Of a stretch of 64,000 bases of DNA, positions 14,320-28,980 are shown piece after piece. Within the stretch, counting starts at the first letter, position 1; each line of letters begins with the position of its first letter. The DNA is from Octopus vulgaris (Eukaryota). The stretch is taken from positions 40,424,001 through 40,488,000 of the forward strand of contig OX597837.1 of the NCBI GenBank assembly GCA_951406725.2, written 5' to 3'. Below the pieces are notes generated by a model that saw only the letters and a program-made list of their open reading frames with translations, was not told the DNA's origin and made no database searches. The position numbers and the translations under genes are program-made.

Positions 14320-14860
14320 GAATAACAACGGAGAAAAGGCTGGTATAGGTACACGCCAGAAAAGGTCACAGAAAACGAGAAAGCAACCATACTCTGGGAT
14401 ATGCCAATACACACAAATAGAGAAATTAAGGCTAATAGGCCAGATACAGTTGTCAGAGATCATGAAGGAAAAAAATGCATTCTAATTGATGCATCAATAC
14501 CAACAGATGACAACGTTTCTCTAAAAGAAATGGAGAAACTTTCAAAATACAAAGACCTGGAAATAGAAGTAACCCGAAAGTGGAGTCTAAAAACAGAAAC
14601 AATTCCTATCATAATAGGCGCATGAGGTATGATGAAAAAATTATTCAGACAAATACATAACAAAAACACCAGGACTAACAAGTATATATAACATACAGAA
14701 AATAGCACTACTAGGCACTGAACACATCCTATGTAAAACACTTTCAATATAGTAAAAATAAGAGCATCGCAACAAACCACAGCACATACCCAAGGCACAC
14801 AGCGCTGCGCTCGGTTGTGAAGTGAAAGCACGCTATAAAAATATAATTACTGGATAATAA
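14320..14860 (+). pseudogene. 3' end of an RLE-type non-LTR retrotransposon (R4/Dong-like): disrupted restriction-like endonuclease domain plus 3' UTR
   Basis: WYRYTPEKVTENEKATILWDMPIHTNREIKANRPDTVV...LIDASIP...EKLSKYKDL...PIIIGA*, then IQKIALLGTEHIL after a frameshift; ends at (CAA)n(TAA)n. Confidence 0.88.
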
Positions 14861-14885
14861 CAACAACAACAACAACAACAACAAC

Positions 14886-14921
<36 letters not shown>

Positions 14922-14922
<1 letters not shown>

Positions 14923-15372
14923 GGCAGGAGTGGCTGTGTGGTAAGTAGCTTGCTTACTAACCACATGGTTACGGGTTCAGTCCCACTGCGTGGCACCTTG
15001 GGCAAGTGTCTTCTACTATAGTATCGGGCCGACCAAAGACTTGTGAGTGGATTTGGTAGACGGAAACTAAAAGAAGCCCGTCGTATATATATATATGTAT
15101 GTATGTATGTATGTATTATGTATGTATGTATGTATGTATGTATGTATGTATGTATGTGTATGTATATGTTTGTGTGTCTGTGTGTATCCCCCAACATCGC
15201 TTGACGACCGATGATGGTGTGTTTACGTCCCCGTAACTTAGCGGTTCGGCAAAAGAGACCGATATGATACGTACCAGGCTTGCAAAGAACAAGTCCTGGG
15301 GTCGATTTGCTCGACTAAAAGGCGGTGCTCCAGCATGACCGCAGTCAAATGACTGAAACAAGTAAAAGAGCA
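14922..15372 (+). mobile_element. SINE family B, full length
   Basis: Same head, body and tail as 9172-9640; internal (TATG)n. Confidence 0.92.
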
Positions 15373-15454
15373 AAAGAGTAGAGTAACAACAACAACAACA
15401 ACAACAACAATAAAAATAATAATAATAATAATAATAATAATGATAATAATGATG

Positions 15455-15486
<32 letters not shown>

Positions 15487-15545
15487 AATAATAATAATAA
15501 TAATAATGATGATGATGATGATGATGATGATGATAATAATAATTA

Positions 15546-15961
15546 GGCGGCGAGCTGGCAGAAACGTTAGCACGCCGGACGAAATGCTTTGCGGTATTGC
15601 GTCTGCCGTTACGTTCTGAGTTCAAATTCCGCCGAGGTCGACTTTGCCTTTCATCCTTTCGGGGTCGATAAATTAGGTACCAGTTACGCACTGAGGTCGA
15701 TTTAATCGACTTAATCCGTTTGTCTGTCTTTGTTTGTCCTCTCTGTATTTAGCCCCTTGTGGGTAGTAAAGAAATGGGTATTTCGTCTGCCGCTACATTC
15801 TGAGTTCAAATTCCACCGAGGTCGACTTTGCCTTTCATCCTTTCGGGGTCGATAAATTAAAGTACCAGTTACGCACTGGGGTCGATGTAATCGACTTAAT
15901 ACCTATGTCTGTCCTTGTTTGTCCCCTCTATGTTTAGCCCCTTGTGGGTAATAAAGAAATA
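15546..15961 (+). mobile_element. SINE family A dimer ending in Tx1-like tail
   Basis: Head plus two ~185-bp units ending agccccttgtgggtaataaagaaata; within (AAT)n. Confidence 0.92.
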
Positions 15962-15962
15962 G

Positions 15963-15993
<31 letters not shown>

Positions 15994-16521
15994 TAATAAC
16001 AATAACAACAACAACGACAACAACAATATAGATACTTCGTGAATTACTTCATTCATATTCTACAGTATTTGTTACGTTTTCTTTCTAGTCGAGGTTGTGA
16101 AAATGTAGAAGATTTTGTGTCTCTTCATTTAACTGGTTAATATCGATTCTTCCTTTAGAATAAGTAGAATATCAATTTGTCTTTTAGAGGAACGATACAG
16201 CTTGCGTTTGCCAAATCGAGAAACACGCATAGAATACTTAATGAAAGTCTGTTTTGAAAAACAAACAAAATTACAAAAATTAAAATGAAAAAAAAAAAAA
16301 AAAGGAAATAAAAATATAGAAAGAAATGGAGTCTATTTCCTCATTGATTCATAAATTAAAACTGTGACACATAAGCGATGTGTGTCTGTATTTGGTGCAC
16401 AAATATTCCGATACATGTTTGATGAAGCAAACTCGACAGGCCTCTCTCTCGCTCTCTCTCTCTCTCTCTATTCAGTAATCATGATGGACATAAACGATAC
16501 AAAGCGCGCGCGCACACACAA

Positions 16522-16577
16522 GGTGGTGATGATGATGATGATGATGTTGGTGGTGGTGGTGGTGGTGGTGGTGATGG

Positions 16578-16608
<31 letters not shown>

Positions 16609-16620
16609 GGTGGTGGTGAC

Positions 16621-16661
<41 letters not shown>

Positions 16662-16791
16662 CGATGATAACGATGATGATGATGATGGTGATAACGATGA
16701 TGAAGAAGAAGAGGAAGAACAAGACGAAAAAAAGATGATGACGACGACGATGATGATAATAATAATAATAATAACAATAATAATAATAATA

Positions 16792-16846
<55 letters not shown>

Positions 16847-16847
16847 A

Positions 16848-16882
<35 letters not shown>

Positions 16883-17032
16883 TGATGATGATGATGATGA
16901 TGATCATCATCATCATAGAAGAAGAAGAAGAAGAAGAAGGAGGAGGAGGAGGAGGAGGAGGAGGAGGAAGAAGAAGGAGAAGAAGAATAACAAGAAGAAT
17001 GAGAAAAAGGAGAAGAAGAATAACAAGAAGAA

Positions 17033-17063
<31 letters not shown>

Positions 17064-17130
17064 AAGAAGAAGAAGAAGAAGAAGAAGAAGAAGAAGAAGA
17101 AGAAGAAGAAGAAGAAGAAGAAGAAGAAGA
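16522..17130. repeat. Compound (GAT)/(GGT)/(AAT)/(GAA)/(GGA) microsatellite
   Basis: Direct reading. Confidence 0.95.
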
Positions 17131-17543
17131 ACGGAAATGAAAATGATAATAATGTATTCAAAAACAAACAAAACGAACTAAAACTGACATCTTTCATTCA
17201 ACGATATTTCGCAACGATAAATTGCATTCGCCAACGTGGTGATTAATTAAAATTTTGATTACTGAAATAAATTACTCAGCGCTATCTCACTCATTGTGAA
17301 TGTTCGGTTGGGTTTGGTGTCAAAACGGATGAAGGTATCAAAGTTGAGTATTATAAGGGGCATTTTGTATCGCGATTTTAAAGGATAGGGGACAGAGAGA
17401 GAGAGAGGGAGGGGGGAGCAGAAGGGAGAGAAAGTGAAAGGAAGAGAGATAAGGGGCTGGTTGAACAACCCTCAAGTTCAAATGAGAGAATTTCGATTTG
17501 GTATGTTCTAATATGGAATCATTAAAAAATAATTTTGTTTTAT

Positions 17544-18040
17544 TATGTAACAAGTGAATAGCCAAGTTTCTTGTAGCATGTAACCAGTAAAAAGAGAGGT
17601 TCGTTCTATTATGTAACCAGTGAACAGAGAAATTTGTTCTAGTTTGTAACCAGTGAATAGATTTGTTCTACTATGTAACCAGTGAATAGAAAGATTTCGT
17701 CTATGTAATCACTGAATAGATAGATTCGTTCTGCTATGCACCAAGTGAACAGAAAAGATTTGTTCTACTATATAACCAGTGAATAGATAGATTTGCTTTG
17801 CCATGTAACCAGTGAACAGAAGAATCTGTTCTGGTATGTAACCAGTGAATATATATATTCGTTCTACCAAGTAACCAGTGAATAGCTAGGTTTGTTCTTC
17901 AACGTAAAGAGTGAACAACGAAATTTTTATCTACCCTGTAATTAGCAGAGATACGTTTGAGCCACAATGTGTCTCGTTGATGGAGATATTTGTTCTAATA
18001 TGTAACCAGTGTCTAAAGTGGTCTGTTCTACCATGTAACC
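17544..18040 (+). repeat. 33-bp minisatellite, about 15 diverged units (consensus approx. tatgtaaccagtgaatagatagattcgttctac)
   Basis: tgtaaccagtgaa recurs with ~33-nt period. Confidence 0.9.
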
Positions 18041-18344
18041 GATGACTTGAAGGTTTGAATTATTGAGTAATCTATGATGAGAACAATATTTCTCTCTTTC
18101 TCTTATATATTATTTACTTGCTTCCGTCAGTAGAATGCGACAATGATGGAAGAATTTTAGTCGAACGAATTGTCTCTAGTAATTAAATGTTTATTTTAAG
18201 CTTTATACTTATTTTTTCTATCTCATTTGCCGAATTACTACGTTACGGAGGCGCAAATACAACAACAGCGGTTTTCAAACGGTGTTAGGGGACAACCACT
18301 GACACACACACACAAACACACATACATACGCACGCATACACACA

Positions 18345-18435
<91 letters not shown>

Positions 18436-18464
18436 AGATAAGCAACAAGGATATCCAGAGGTAA

Positions 18465-18551
18465 TGCAATACGATCGTTTCATGCAACTCCATTTAATTG
18501 AACAATTCAATCATTACATCAATTTAAAATGCAGAGCAATCCTCAGCTGCA
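18465..18551 (-). ncRNA. Type I hammerhead-like motif with long stem II
   Basis: TGCAG-CTGAGGA-[58-nt hairpin TTGC...GCAT]-GAAA-CGATCG-TA-TTGCA; palindromic stem III ACGATCGT; first pair of stem II is a U-U mismatch. Confidence 0.65.
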
Positions 18552-18636
18552 CAAAGACATAGAAATTAATTAAATATTATTTTACAGAATAACAGAATTC
18601 AAAATTTCTTTCATTAAAACCATTTCGAACACGGAA

Positions 18637-18894
18637 ATATTCACAGGTTACTTGGTAGAATGAATCTATCTACTCACTGGTTACATAGTAGAACGAATTC
18701 TTCTGTTCACTTGGTTGCATAGCAAAGCAAATCTAGTTATTCAATAGTTACATAGTAGAACGAATCTTTTCTGGTCACTTGCTGCATAGCAGAACGAATC
18801 TATTCAGTGATTACATAGACGAAATCTTTCTCTTCACTGGTTCCATAGTAGAACAAATCTATTCACTGGTTACAAACTAGAACAAATTTCTCTC
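18637..18894 (-). repeat. Inverted copy of minisatellite segment 17626-17884
   Basis: Reverse complement is colinear unit by unit, including variant units (gttctagtttgtaacc, gatttcgtctatgtaatcac, ttctaccaagtaacc). Confidence 0.92.
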
Positions 18895-19101
18895 TTCTAG
18901 TTTAAATGTACACAAATGCATAAAAGTATATTTTACTTCCATTAGACATTCTAAAATACTATTAAATTTCATTCAATTTAAAAAAAAAAGATAAAATCGG
19001 ACAGAACTTATGGGATGACCAGATATATCGACGTAGATCGTTAATCTAAATGTATCTCTATCTATCTACCTACCTACCTACCTACCTACCTACCTACCTA
19101 C

Positions 19102-19135
<34 letters not shown>

Positions 19136-19185
19136 GTCTATCTATCTATCTATCTATCTATATATCTATCTAACTAGCTATCTAT

Positions 19186-19248
<63 letters not shown>

Positions 19249-19269
19249 ACTATCTATCTATTAATTTAT

Positions 19270-19307
<38 letters not shown>

Positions 19308-19308
<1 letters not shown>

Positions 19309-20664
19309 ACGCATTCTCTTTCGCTTCTTGTGGAAAGGATGCGTCCCGATGGTCAGGCGATCCATTTGCTGTCAACACCCGTTAAAAGGAGGGCTGGGCA
19401 TGCCGTGGTTGATGATGCGCAGACACGCGCTGAGACTGCGACATCTCTGGCTCTATGTAGACGACGGTGAACAGGTGTGGTCGCCGTTTGTGAGGCACGC
19501 TTTCCCGCAGCTCGTCTCCATGACCGAACTGCAGTCGTGGATCAAAAAGAGGCCGAAGAAGGGCGAATGGCACCGCGAGTGTCGCGTTGCTCTCAAGCAA
19601 CTCTGCCGTCCTGGGTCGACCTTGAGTGACTTCAACACAACCAAAGCATTCTATAGGGGTTTAGTGGAGGGGAGGTACGACGACGAGCTCGGGGCGAACC
19701 TGGACGTCGACGAGGAGTACCTGACCCGCCTGTTCAGGACGACTTTCGGGCCAGGGCCCATGGACAACTTCCAGAGATCTCTGGCCTGGCAGTGCTACCG
19801 AGAAGCGCTACCCGTTCGGGATAAGCTCTACAGACACGGCTCGAGAAACACGGGGCCGACCTGCCCGAGATGCGGTCAGAGCGACGAAACCGTTCTGCAC
19901 GCACTCGTGCAGTGTCCAACAATTTCCGACCTGTGGGCTTGTGTCGAACAACTGCTGTCACGTGTGGGACGAGTCGGTTTATCAGCTGAGTCTATCGTTA
20001 ATATTGTCACGCCTCCCTCCTTCAAACGGGAAGGAAGAGCTATTTTCATCATCCTTGTGGCTATGGCGAAAGAATGTATCTGGTGGACGCGTCTGAAAGG
20101 ATTGGAGACAAACACTTTCCTCTCTGGTCAATCTCTCATCAACTTCTTCAAGTACCACTTGAAAAGGAAAGTGAGAGTAGAGAGGCAAGTTTTGTCTAGC
20201 GAATGTTTTAAAAAAAGATGGGTGAATGTAGCAAGAATGGCACGTATGAATGACGAAGCCACCTTGAGCATGATCCTATGAACCCAGAAATTGAAAACAG
20301 AGAGTTGCTTATTTGCAAAAAAAAAAAAAAAAAGAAATATAACATGTGACTTCATTGACCGAGGTTACCGTGGTCTTTTCCGTAGGCTTTTCTTTCCACG
20401 GGTAAACCTCACCTGTCCTCCCCTTTACACTTAATATTGACATTTCTGTGATAACGATCCCTATTGATCAATTTTTTTTTTTTTTTTTTCCTCTCCCCCT
20501 TTTTTTAACCCCCCTTTTTTTTGTCCTCTTTCTCTCCTTTTACGATCCCTTTTGATCGAAACTCCCCTTCCTTTTTTTTTTTTTTTTTAAACCTTCAAAA
20601 GAAAAGCTCTACCTTGTAATTTGTTCTATCTGTGTGCAGCCCTGTGTGGCTAATAAAGAAACAT
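19308..20664 (+). mobile_element. 5'-truncated L1/Tx1-clade LINE inserted in (CTAT)n
   Basis: GC-rich open frame, T-rich 3' UTR, AATAAA at 20652, (CTAT)n on both flanks. Confidence 0.92.
19328..20281 (+). CDS. C-terminal fragment of Tx1 ORF2 (post-RT region with zf-RVT zinc-binding motif); no true start codon
   Basis: PLKGGLGMP motif; [12 protein letters not shown]...[19 protein letters not shown]; 317 codons without a stop. Confidence 0.85.
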   Translation: MWKGCVPMVRRSICCQHPLKGGLGMPWLMMRRHALRLRHLWLYVDDGEQVWSPFVRHAFPQLVSMTELQSWIKKRPKKGEWHRECRVALKQLCRPGSTLSDFNTTKAFYRGLVEGRYDDELGANLDVDEEYLTRLFRTTFGPGPMDNFQRSLAWQCYREALPVRDKLYRHGSRNTGPTCPRCGQSDETVLHALVQCPTISDLWACVEQLLSRVGRVGLSAESIVNIVTPPSFKREGRAIFIILVAMAKECIWWTRLKGLETNTFLSGQSLINFFKYHLKRKVRVERQVLSSECFKKRWVNVARMARMNDEATLSMIL

Positions 20665-20797
20665 ATCTAACTATCTATTTATCTATCTATCTATCTAACT
20701 ATCTACATATGCGTATATATTTGTTTATATGTATACGTATATACGTATTTTACACGCGCACACACACATACACGTGTTTATACGCATACACAAGTCC

Positions 20798-20845
<48 letters not shown>

Positions 20846-21198
20846 GTATCTATGTATGTATGCATGCATATATATATATATAGATAGATGCATATAATAC
20901 ATATATATATACATACATATACATATATTTAAATATATATATATGTGCATATATATATATATATATGTAAATATATATGTATATATATATATATACATAC
21001 ATATACATATATATAAATATATATATGTATATATATATATGTAAATATATATGTATATATATATATATACATACATATATACACATACATATATATACAT
21101 ATATATATGTATATATATGTATATATACATATATATATGTATGTATATGTATATATACATACATACATATATATGTATATATATGTATATATACATAC

Positions 21199-21251
<53 letters not shown>

Positions 21252-21346
21252 ATATATAAATATATACATGTAGATAGGTAGATATCTCAACACCATTATA
21301 AGACATTATACAATGTACAAATCGTCAGACTTCTCCACCATTGCAG

Positions 21347-21572
21347 ATTGCATATATACACCTATAAACACATTAAGTGTTGAGACATTTTCTAAATCCA
21401 TTGTATTTAAGACCTGCCAAACTAATAGCTTTGCATACGTCATGTGTAGCAATTTACCACAAGTTGTGCGCATAACCGTCGCTGTTGGATGTCTACGTGT
21501 ATATCTTTTACTTTACATGATGAGTACGAAAGTACGAGCTTTGTATAACAGAATAGCTTTATATTACGAAAG
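21347..21572 (+). other. Candidate exon in unique sequence
   Basis: ttctccaccattgcag acceptor, AAG|GTAAGT donor, one frame open throughout; no recognisable homology. Confidence 0.3.
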
Positions 21573-21928
21573 GTAAGTGGCCGCCATTTGTAGTAAGAGT
21601 GAAGATTTGATTTGTCTGTATGATGTGAATATTGATATTATTAAAGGATGCAAAAAAAAAAGGTGTTTGGAGGGAAAAGAAAATGTCTGGAAGTATGTAC
21701 CAGCAATATGTGGAGATTGAGTTTGTTTAAGAATTTCAACTAGATTTAGTGATATTTGCGAAAAAATTTTTACGATATTTAAAAAAGAAATGAATAAAAA
21801 TTCTCTCTATTTTTTAAAATTTCATTCCCATCTAACATTTTTTATAAATTATACAAGATTCATGTGTGCGACTGTGTGTAAGTTTGCACGTGTATGTATG
21901 TATGTATGTATGTATGTATGTATGTATG

Positions 21929-21959
<31 letters not shown>

Positions 21960-21968
21960 GTATGTATT

Positions 21969-22307
<339 letters not shown>

Positions 22308-22373
22308 ATAGATAGAAAGATAGATAGGTAGGTAGGTAGGTAGGTAGGTAGGTAGGTAGATATATAGATATAT

Positions 22374-22416
<43 letters not shown>

Positions 22417-22563
22417 CGATAGATACATACATACATAGACAGACAGACAGACAAGCAAATAATAGCATGATAGATAGGTAAATGGATATATATATACATA
22501 TTCATTTAAAAACACCCACTCATAAATACAAGCGTACATATACAAGAGCACAAATATGTGTGT

Positions 22564-22642
<79 letters not shown>

Positions 22643-23239
22643 CGTTTGTGTACATGGGAGAACTCACGGTTTTATATCTTCGTGTTCGAAAATGACAGTC
22701 TGTATGAATGGATGTATATGTGTTGGTTTTCATGTTTTTACAGCAGTTTCTTCAAAGTGCGCAGGTGTTTGTATGTGTATATGCAGGAGAGAGATAGAGA
22801 GAGAAAGATATACAGACAGGCAGAGACAGTGATAAAGAAAGAGAGAGTGTATACTGTATGTATGTGTGTATGTAAGTATGTGTACGTAGTTGTGTGGTTT
22901 ATGCTTTTTTATTAAATTTTCTCTACGCCATCTTTCATATATATATCGCATGAATCTGTTATCTGCCGTCATGAAAGACCGCTGTCGTATAAGACACATT
23001 AATGTACAAAGAACCAATCCTATTCTGGAGAATATTTGAAAAGAAGGTGAAAATAATAAATATTGATGTAATCCAAGAAGCGTATATAAAAGAAATCGCA
23101 AAGAACTTATTTCTAAAGTAAGCATCTTAGTTTAATAAAATCTTCATTTTGTATTTCATAAAATTTAATATAAAACTATATTTCGGTATTATTTGCAAAC
23201 AATTGGAGAAGATTGTGATATTGTCTGCATATTTCAAAG

Positions 23240-23273
<34 letters not shown>

Positions 23274-23403
23274 AATATATATATACGTACGTACAAATAT
23301 ACATACATGTATGTACGCGTGCTTCGAGGTGTATACACTAATACATGCAACGTTTATTTAAGCATGTAGACACACACATACATACATACATACATACATA
23401 CAT

Positions 23404-23515
<112 letters not shown>

Positions 23516-24088
23516 AGATAGATATATGTAAATATATGCACGAGGGGGAGGAGGAGAGCGACGGATAGATCTCAATTTATGCATGGAAGACATCCACATA
23601 TATGCACTTATCTATATACAGTAATGTATATATGTGTGCGTGTATGTACACACACATATATATATATATATATATACGGTGTGTATAAATATATATATAT
23701 ATATGTATGTATTTCTGTATATATATATATTCATATATATGTGTATATATACATATACATATACATATATACACATAGGTATGGACGTATGTTTAAGCAA
23801 GCAGAAACATACATGCACATAAATTTTTAAATGTGTGTATATATAGTTATATATATATATATAAATATATATGCATATATATATATATATATGGGTGTAT
23901 AAATATGTATATATGTGTATATATATGTGTATATATCTGTGTGTATATGTGTGTGTGTATGTATGTATATAATATACGTATACATATATGCGTATAAATA
24001 ATTCATCTTTTAATACATGTATACGTAGATGTATTTCTATGCATATATAAGTTTGTGCCTGTATATATGTATACACATACGTTTATGG

Positions 24089-24150
<62 letters not shown>

Positions 24151-24333
24151 ATATGCATATATATATATATATAAAGCGAGAGAGATAAGGTTTCTCATTT
24201 CAAGTTGCTACTTCACACGTCTCAAACGGTTTTTCAGACTGAAAAAGAAAGTTATGAAACCGCCCATTAGTTGCCAGTTTATTCTTAATGCGATTTATAA
24301 ACACAAGTATTTTGTCTAATTGTGTACACATAC

Positions 24334-24369
<36 letters not shown>

Positions 24370-24563
24370 CACACATACACTCATACATTTATGCACTTAT
24401 CTGTCTATATAGTCATATCATATATACATACACATATGCATGAATGCATATATATATGAGTGTCTGTCTGTATATACATCCATACATGGAAATATATATA
24501 TATATATATGTGCATACACACACACATTGCATGACTGTCTGTGTGTATATACATCCATAAATC

Positions 24564-24604
<41 letters not shown>

Positions 24605-24740
24605 ACACACACGCGCGCACACTCTATTCTATATATATACACACTTATGCATGTATGCATATATGTATAATTGTTTGTGTGTATAGACATCCATACATCT
24701 ATGTATATATATTTATATATATATATATACATATATATTC

Positions 24741-24792
<52 letters not shown>

Positions 24793-24814
24793 ACACACAC
24801 CACACAAACACACT

Positions 24815-24867
<53 letters not shown>

Positions 24868-25321
24868 TTATCTATGAATGTATTTATTATCTGGAATGTA
24901 GTAATCAACAGAATTAAATTTTGGTGCAAGTTCAGTGCAATCTCATCTCACTGTATAATTTTTTTTTCCTTACAGAAAACAGTAAGGGAAAGCATCACTA
25001 TTTTACTCTTTTACTTGTTGCAGTCATCTGACTGCGGCCATACTGGAGCACCGCATTTTAGTGCAGCATATCGACCCCAGGTGTTATTCTTTGTAAGCCT
25101 AGTATTCTCCCCGCTTTCAATGTATACAGAGCTCGAAGGGTATTGGATAACAAACTGAAGGAGGCGTCTCCCTGGGTTTAAAATAACAGTATTGTCTGTT
25201 CTTATAAAACATTCACGCTGAGGTGTCAATAAATATTACCTATAAGTATATATATAAGATTTTCTTAACGAGCTACTTTTACACATACATACACACATGC
25301 ATATATACATACATACATACA

Positions 25322-25397
<76 letters not shown>

Positions 25398-25400
<3 letters not shown>

Positions 25401-25660
25401 GCAAAGGTTGTTTGTCAACATAACATGGTAGTCCTGGTTTAAGACGAATGTTGCTGTAATTCGGCCCCAGGAGACATCGTCTCTAGCTGGCTCTATGACT
25501 CGACGTGTGTCCTTATGTTTTCGAACAAGGGAATCTAGCAACATCATTAGAGCAGCATTCATCCTAAACCAAGTCTACCATGTTACGTTGGCAAACAGTC
25601 TTTGCCCTAAGGTGCTGTTACTGAATATCTCTCGTAGTGAGATTTACAAATAGTAATTTT
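25398..25660. mobile_element. MITE-like element with ~55-bp imperfect inverted arms
   Basis: gcaaaggttgtttgtcaacataacatggtag... pairs with ...ctaccatgttacgttggcaaacagtctttgc; homologous to 32395-32685. Confidence 0.75.
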
Positions 25661-25664
25661 CTAA

Positions 25665-25706
<42 letters not shown>

Positions 25707-25707
25707 G

Positions 25708-25752
<45 letters not shown>

Positions 25753-25933
25753 ATTATCGTTCTATAATATGTAATTTTCTAGATGGTATCATTTAATGTT
25801 TCATTATTGAATTGATAAAAGGTGGTTATCTTCTAATTTATATATATACATTATATTTTGTGAAATTTGATTTAGTATTTCTAAATTGAATTTTTTCCTG
25901 TAAGTTTGGAATAATATTCCCTCATATCATAAT

Positions 25934-26029
<96 letters not shown>

Positions 26030-26856
26030 GTAAAAACAATTAAGATTCAAGTGAGTTCCATGAATACAATCTAACTTTGCTTTTTATAGGACTCTCTTCG
26101 ATACTTCATGAGTGTAGCCTCACCCCCTAGGACGTTTGGAAAACTCATATGTGTTTTGGCTGATGAATACGGGACACTTGTATTTGCTGCAATATTTGCA
26201 GCTATTAGTTAAGCTGTTCTTCGTATGAAACAATTGTACTGAACAACTAATCCATTCTTGTTGCTTTTTTCTTGTATATATATATACATATAAATCTATA
26301 TATATACATACATACATACATACATACATACATACATACATACATACATACATACATACATACATACATACATACATGGGTGCTTGGGTGTGTATAATCC
26401 TCGTTAGCCTAAGTTTCTATAACCCTAGGTTCTATTTTGCAATTCCTCAAATATTTCACTACAGGGAAACACCATCTTTTGAGTCAGAAACTCTGACGAA
26501 CCTTCTTCATAGCCACTGGCTTCCATGATCTTCACGTGATGATCATCTCCATATTCCTAATAGGTTTAATTCGAATCGTAATAAAACCTTTCACTGCTTT
26601 GCTTCATTTTGTATTCAAAGCAACAACCTGATATTAACACTTTCTACATGCTGCAAGATTATCCTGATCTCCTTCCCTTTACTGCTGAGGATGATAATAG
26701 CTTTATTATTAGAAGGTTTATGAGTGTATGTATGCGCACATATATACAGATATGTGCGTGTGCATAGATAGATAGAGAGATAGATATATGTGTGTGTTAA
26801 TACAATTATATAAATGTATATGTATATGAGACATAGCAGCAGATGGTGTTTACTTC

Positions 26857-26898
<42 letters not shown>

Positions 26899-26979
26899 GC
26901 TCCAGCATCCCATGGTGGTGCTCCAGCATGACCACAGCCGCATGGCTGAAAAGAGTAAAAGAGTATAAATATTTTTTCA

Positions 26980-27355
26980 TTTACTTGTTTCAGTCAGGTG
27001 ACTGCGGCCATGCTGGAGCACCGCCTTTAGTCGAGCAAATCGACAACAGGACTTATTCTTTGGAAGCCTAGTACTTATTCTATCGGTCTCTATTGCCGAA
27101 CGGCTAAGTTACGGGGACGTAAATACAGCAGCATCGGTTGTGAAGCGATATTAGGGGACAAATATATACACACACACATACATATATAAATATATACATA
27201 TATACGACGGGCTTCTTTCAGTATCCGTGTACTAAATCCACTCACAAGTGTTTGGTCGGCCCGAGGCTATAGTAGAAGACACTTGCCCAAGGTATCACGC
27301 AGTGGGACTGAACCCGGAATCATGCGGTTGGTAAGCAAGCTACTTACCACACAGC
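26980..27355 (-). mobile_element. SINE family B, near full length, preceded by an inverted tail fragment at 26898-26962
   Basis: Reverse complement of 9172-9640. Confidence 0.9.
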
Positions 27356-27358
27356 TGA

Positions 27359-27397
<39 letters not shown>

Positions 27398-27401
27398 TAA
27401 A

Positions 27402-27797
27402 GGCGGCGAGCTGGCAGAATCTTTAGCACGCCGGGCGAAATGCTTAACAGTATTTCGTCTGCCTCTACGTTCTGAGTTCCAATTCCGCCGAGGTCGACTT
27501 TGCCTTTCATCCTTTCGGGGTCGATTAAGTAAGTACCAGTTACGCACTGGGGTCGATCTAATCGACGTAATCCGTTTGTCTGTCCTTGTTTGTCCCCTCT
27601 GTGTTTAGCCCATTGTGGGTAGTAAAGAAATGGGTATTTCGTCTGTCTTTACGTTCTGAGTTCAAATTCCGCCGAGATTGACTTTGCCTTTCATCTTTTC
27701 GAGGGTCGATAAATTAAGTAGCTGTTGCTTTCTGTAGTCGATCTAATCGACTGGCCACTTCACCCAAAAATCCGTGCCTTTTGCTTAGAGTACAAAA
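27402..27797 (+). mobile_element. SINE family A dimer
   Basis: Same organisation as 5835-6232. Confidence 0.9.
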
Positions 27798-27927
27798 GTG
27801 TATATACATTCATACAAATATACTTTTTATCAAAGCTGCAACAACAATATATATATTTATCTATATGTATGTGTGTGTATACATATATATATATATCTAT
27901 ATCTAAATATCTATCTATCTATGTATG

Positions 27928-27969
<42 letters not shown>

Positions 27970-27975
27970 CCTATC

Positions 27976-28027
<52 letters not shown>

Positions 28028-28499
28028 TGTATGTATGTATGTATGTATGCATGTATGTATATATATGTATGTATACATATGTATATATATATATATATAT
28101 ATGTGTGTGAATGTATATGGCAGTTTTATACGCACATCTTTCAAATTAGATTGCTGTTTCGGCCATATGACTTTGTCGCCCCTTAATAATACTGACGAGG
28201 TCATAGTGTTGAAGTAATATCACAATTTGTGATCTCAAATTAAACGCGCATAAAACCCTTTTCCAACATTACGTCTTTTGCCTAGATCCTGGTTCTGTTT
28301 AACTTTCTGGACATCTCTCTAAATAATTACACCGCGTGAACGCTTGATATTTCAGATATATATATATATATTACAAGATGGCCTTTACAAGCATGACCTA
28401 CATCTCGTGGTGATAAATATTGTTAGACTGTGTTTGTCCGATGTAACTTTACACACACACACACACACACACACAGATGCACATGTACGTATATATACT

Positions 28500-28861
28500 T
28501 GTATGTACGCACGTACGTCAGTATGTGTGCATGCATGTATGTATGTATGTATGTATGTATGTATGGATGGATGGATGGATGGATGGATGGATGGATGGAT
28601 GCATGTATGTATGTATGTGTGTGTGTGTTTATGTATGTATGTATGTATGTATGTATGGGTGCGTAGCTGTCTGTCTATCTGTATGTATGTGTGTGTGTAT
28701 GTATGTATGGGTGCGTGTCTGTCTGTATGTATGTATGCATGAATGTATGTATGGATGGATGTATGTATGAATGTATGTATGTATGGGTGCGTGTCTGTAT
28801 GTTTGTATGTATGTATGTATGCTTGTATGTATGTATGTATATATGTATGGGTGTGTGTATG

Positions 28862-28895
<34 letters not shown>

Positions 28896-28980
28896 TGTAT
28901 GTATGTATGTATGTGTGTATGTATGTATGTATGTGCGTGTCTGTATGTATGTATGGGTGCGTGTCTGTATGCCTGTGTGT
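28500..28980. repeat. (TATG)n/(GGAT)n compound microsatellite with recurring gggtgcgtgtctg variant
   Basis: Direct reading. Confidence 0.9.

Noticed and set aside
17544-18040. Regularly spaced tgtaaccagtgaa motif as a CRISPR array
   Set aside because: Intervening sequences are homologous to each other rather than unique spacers; eukaryotic context; no cas genes
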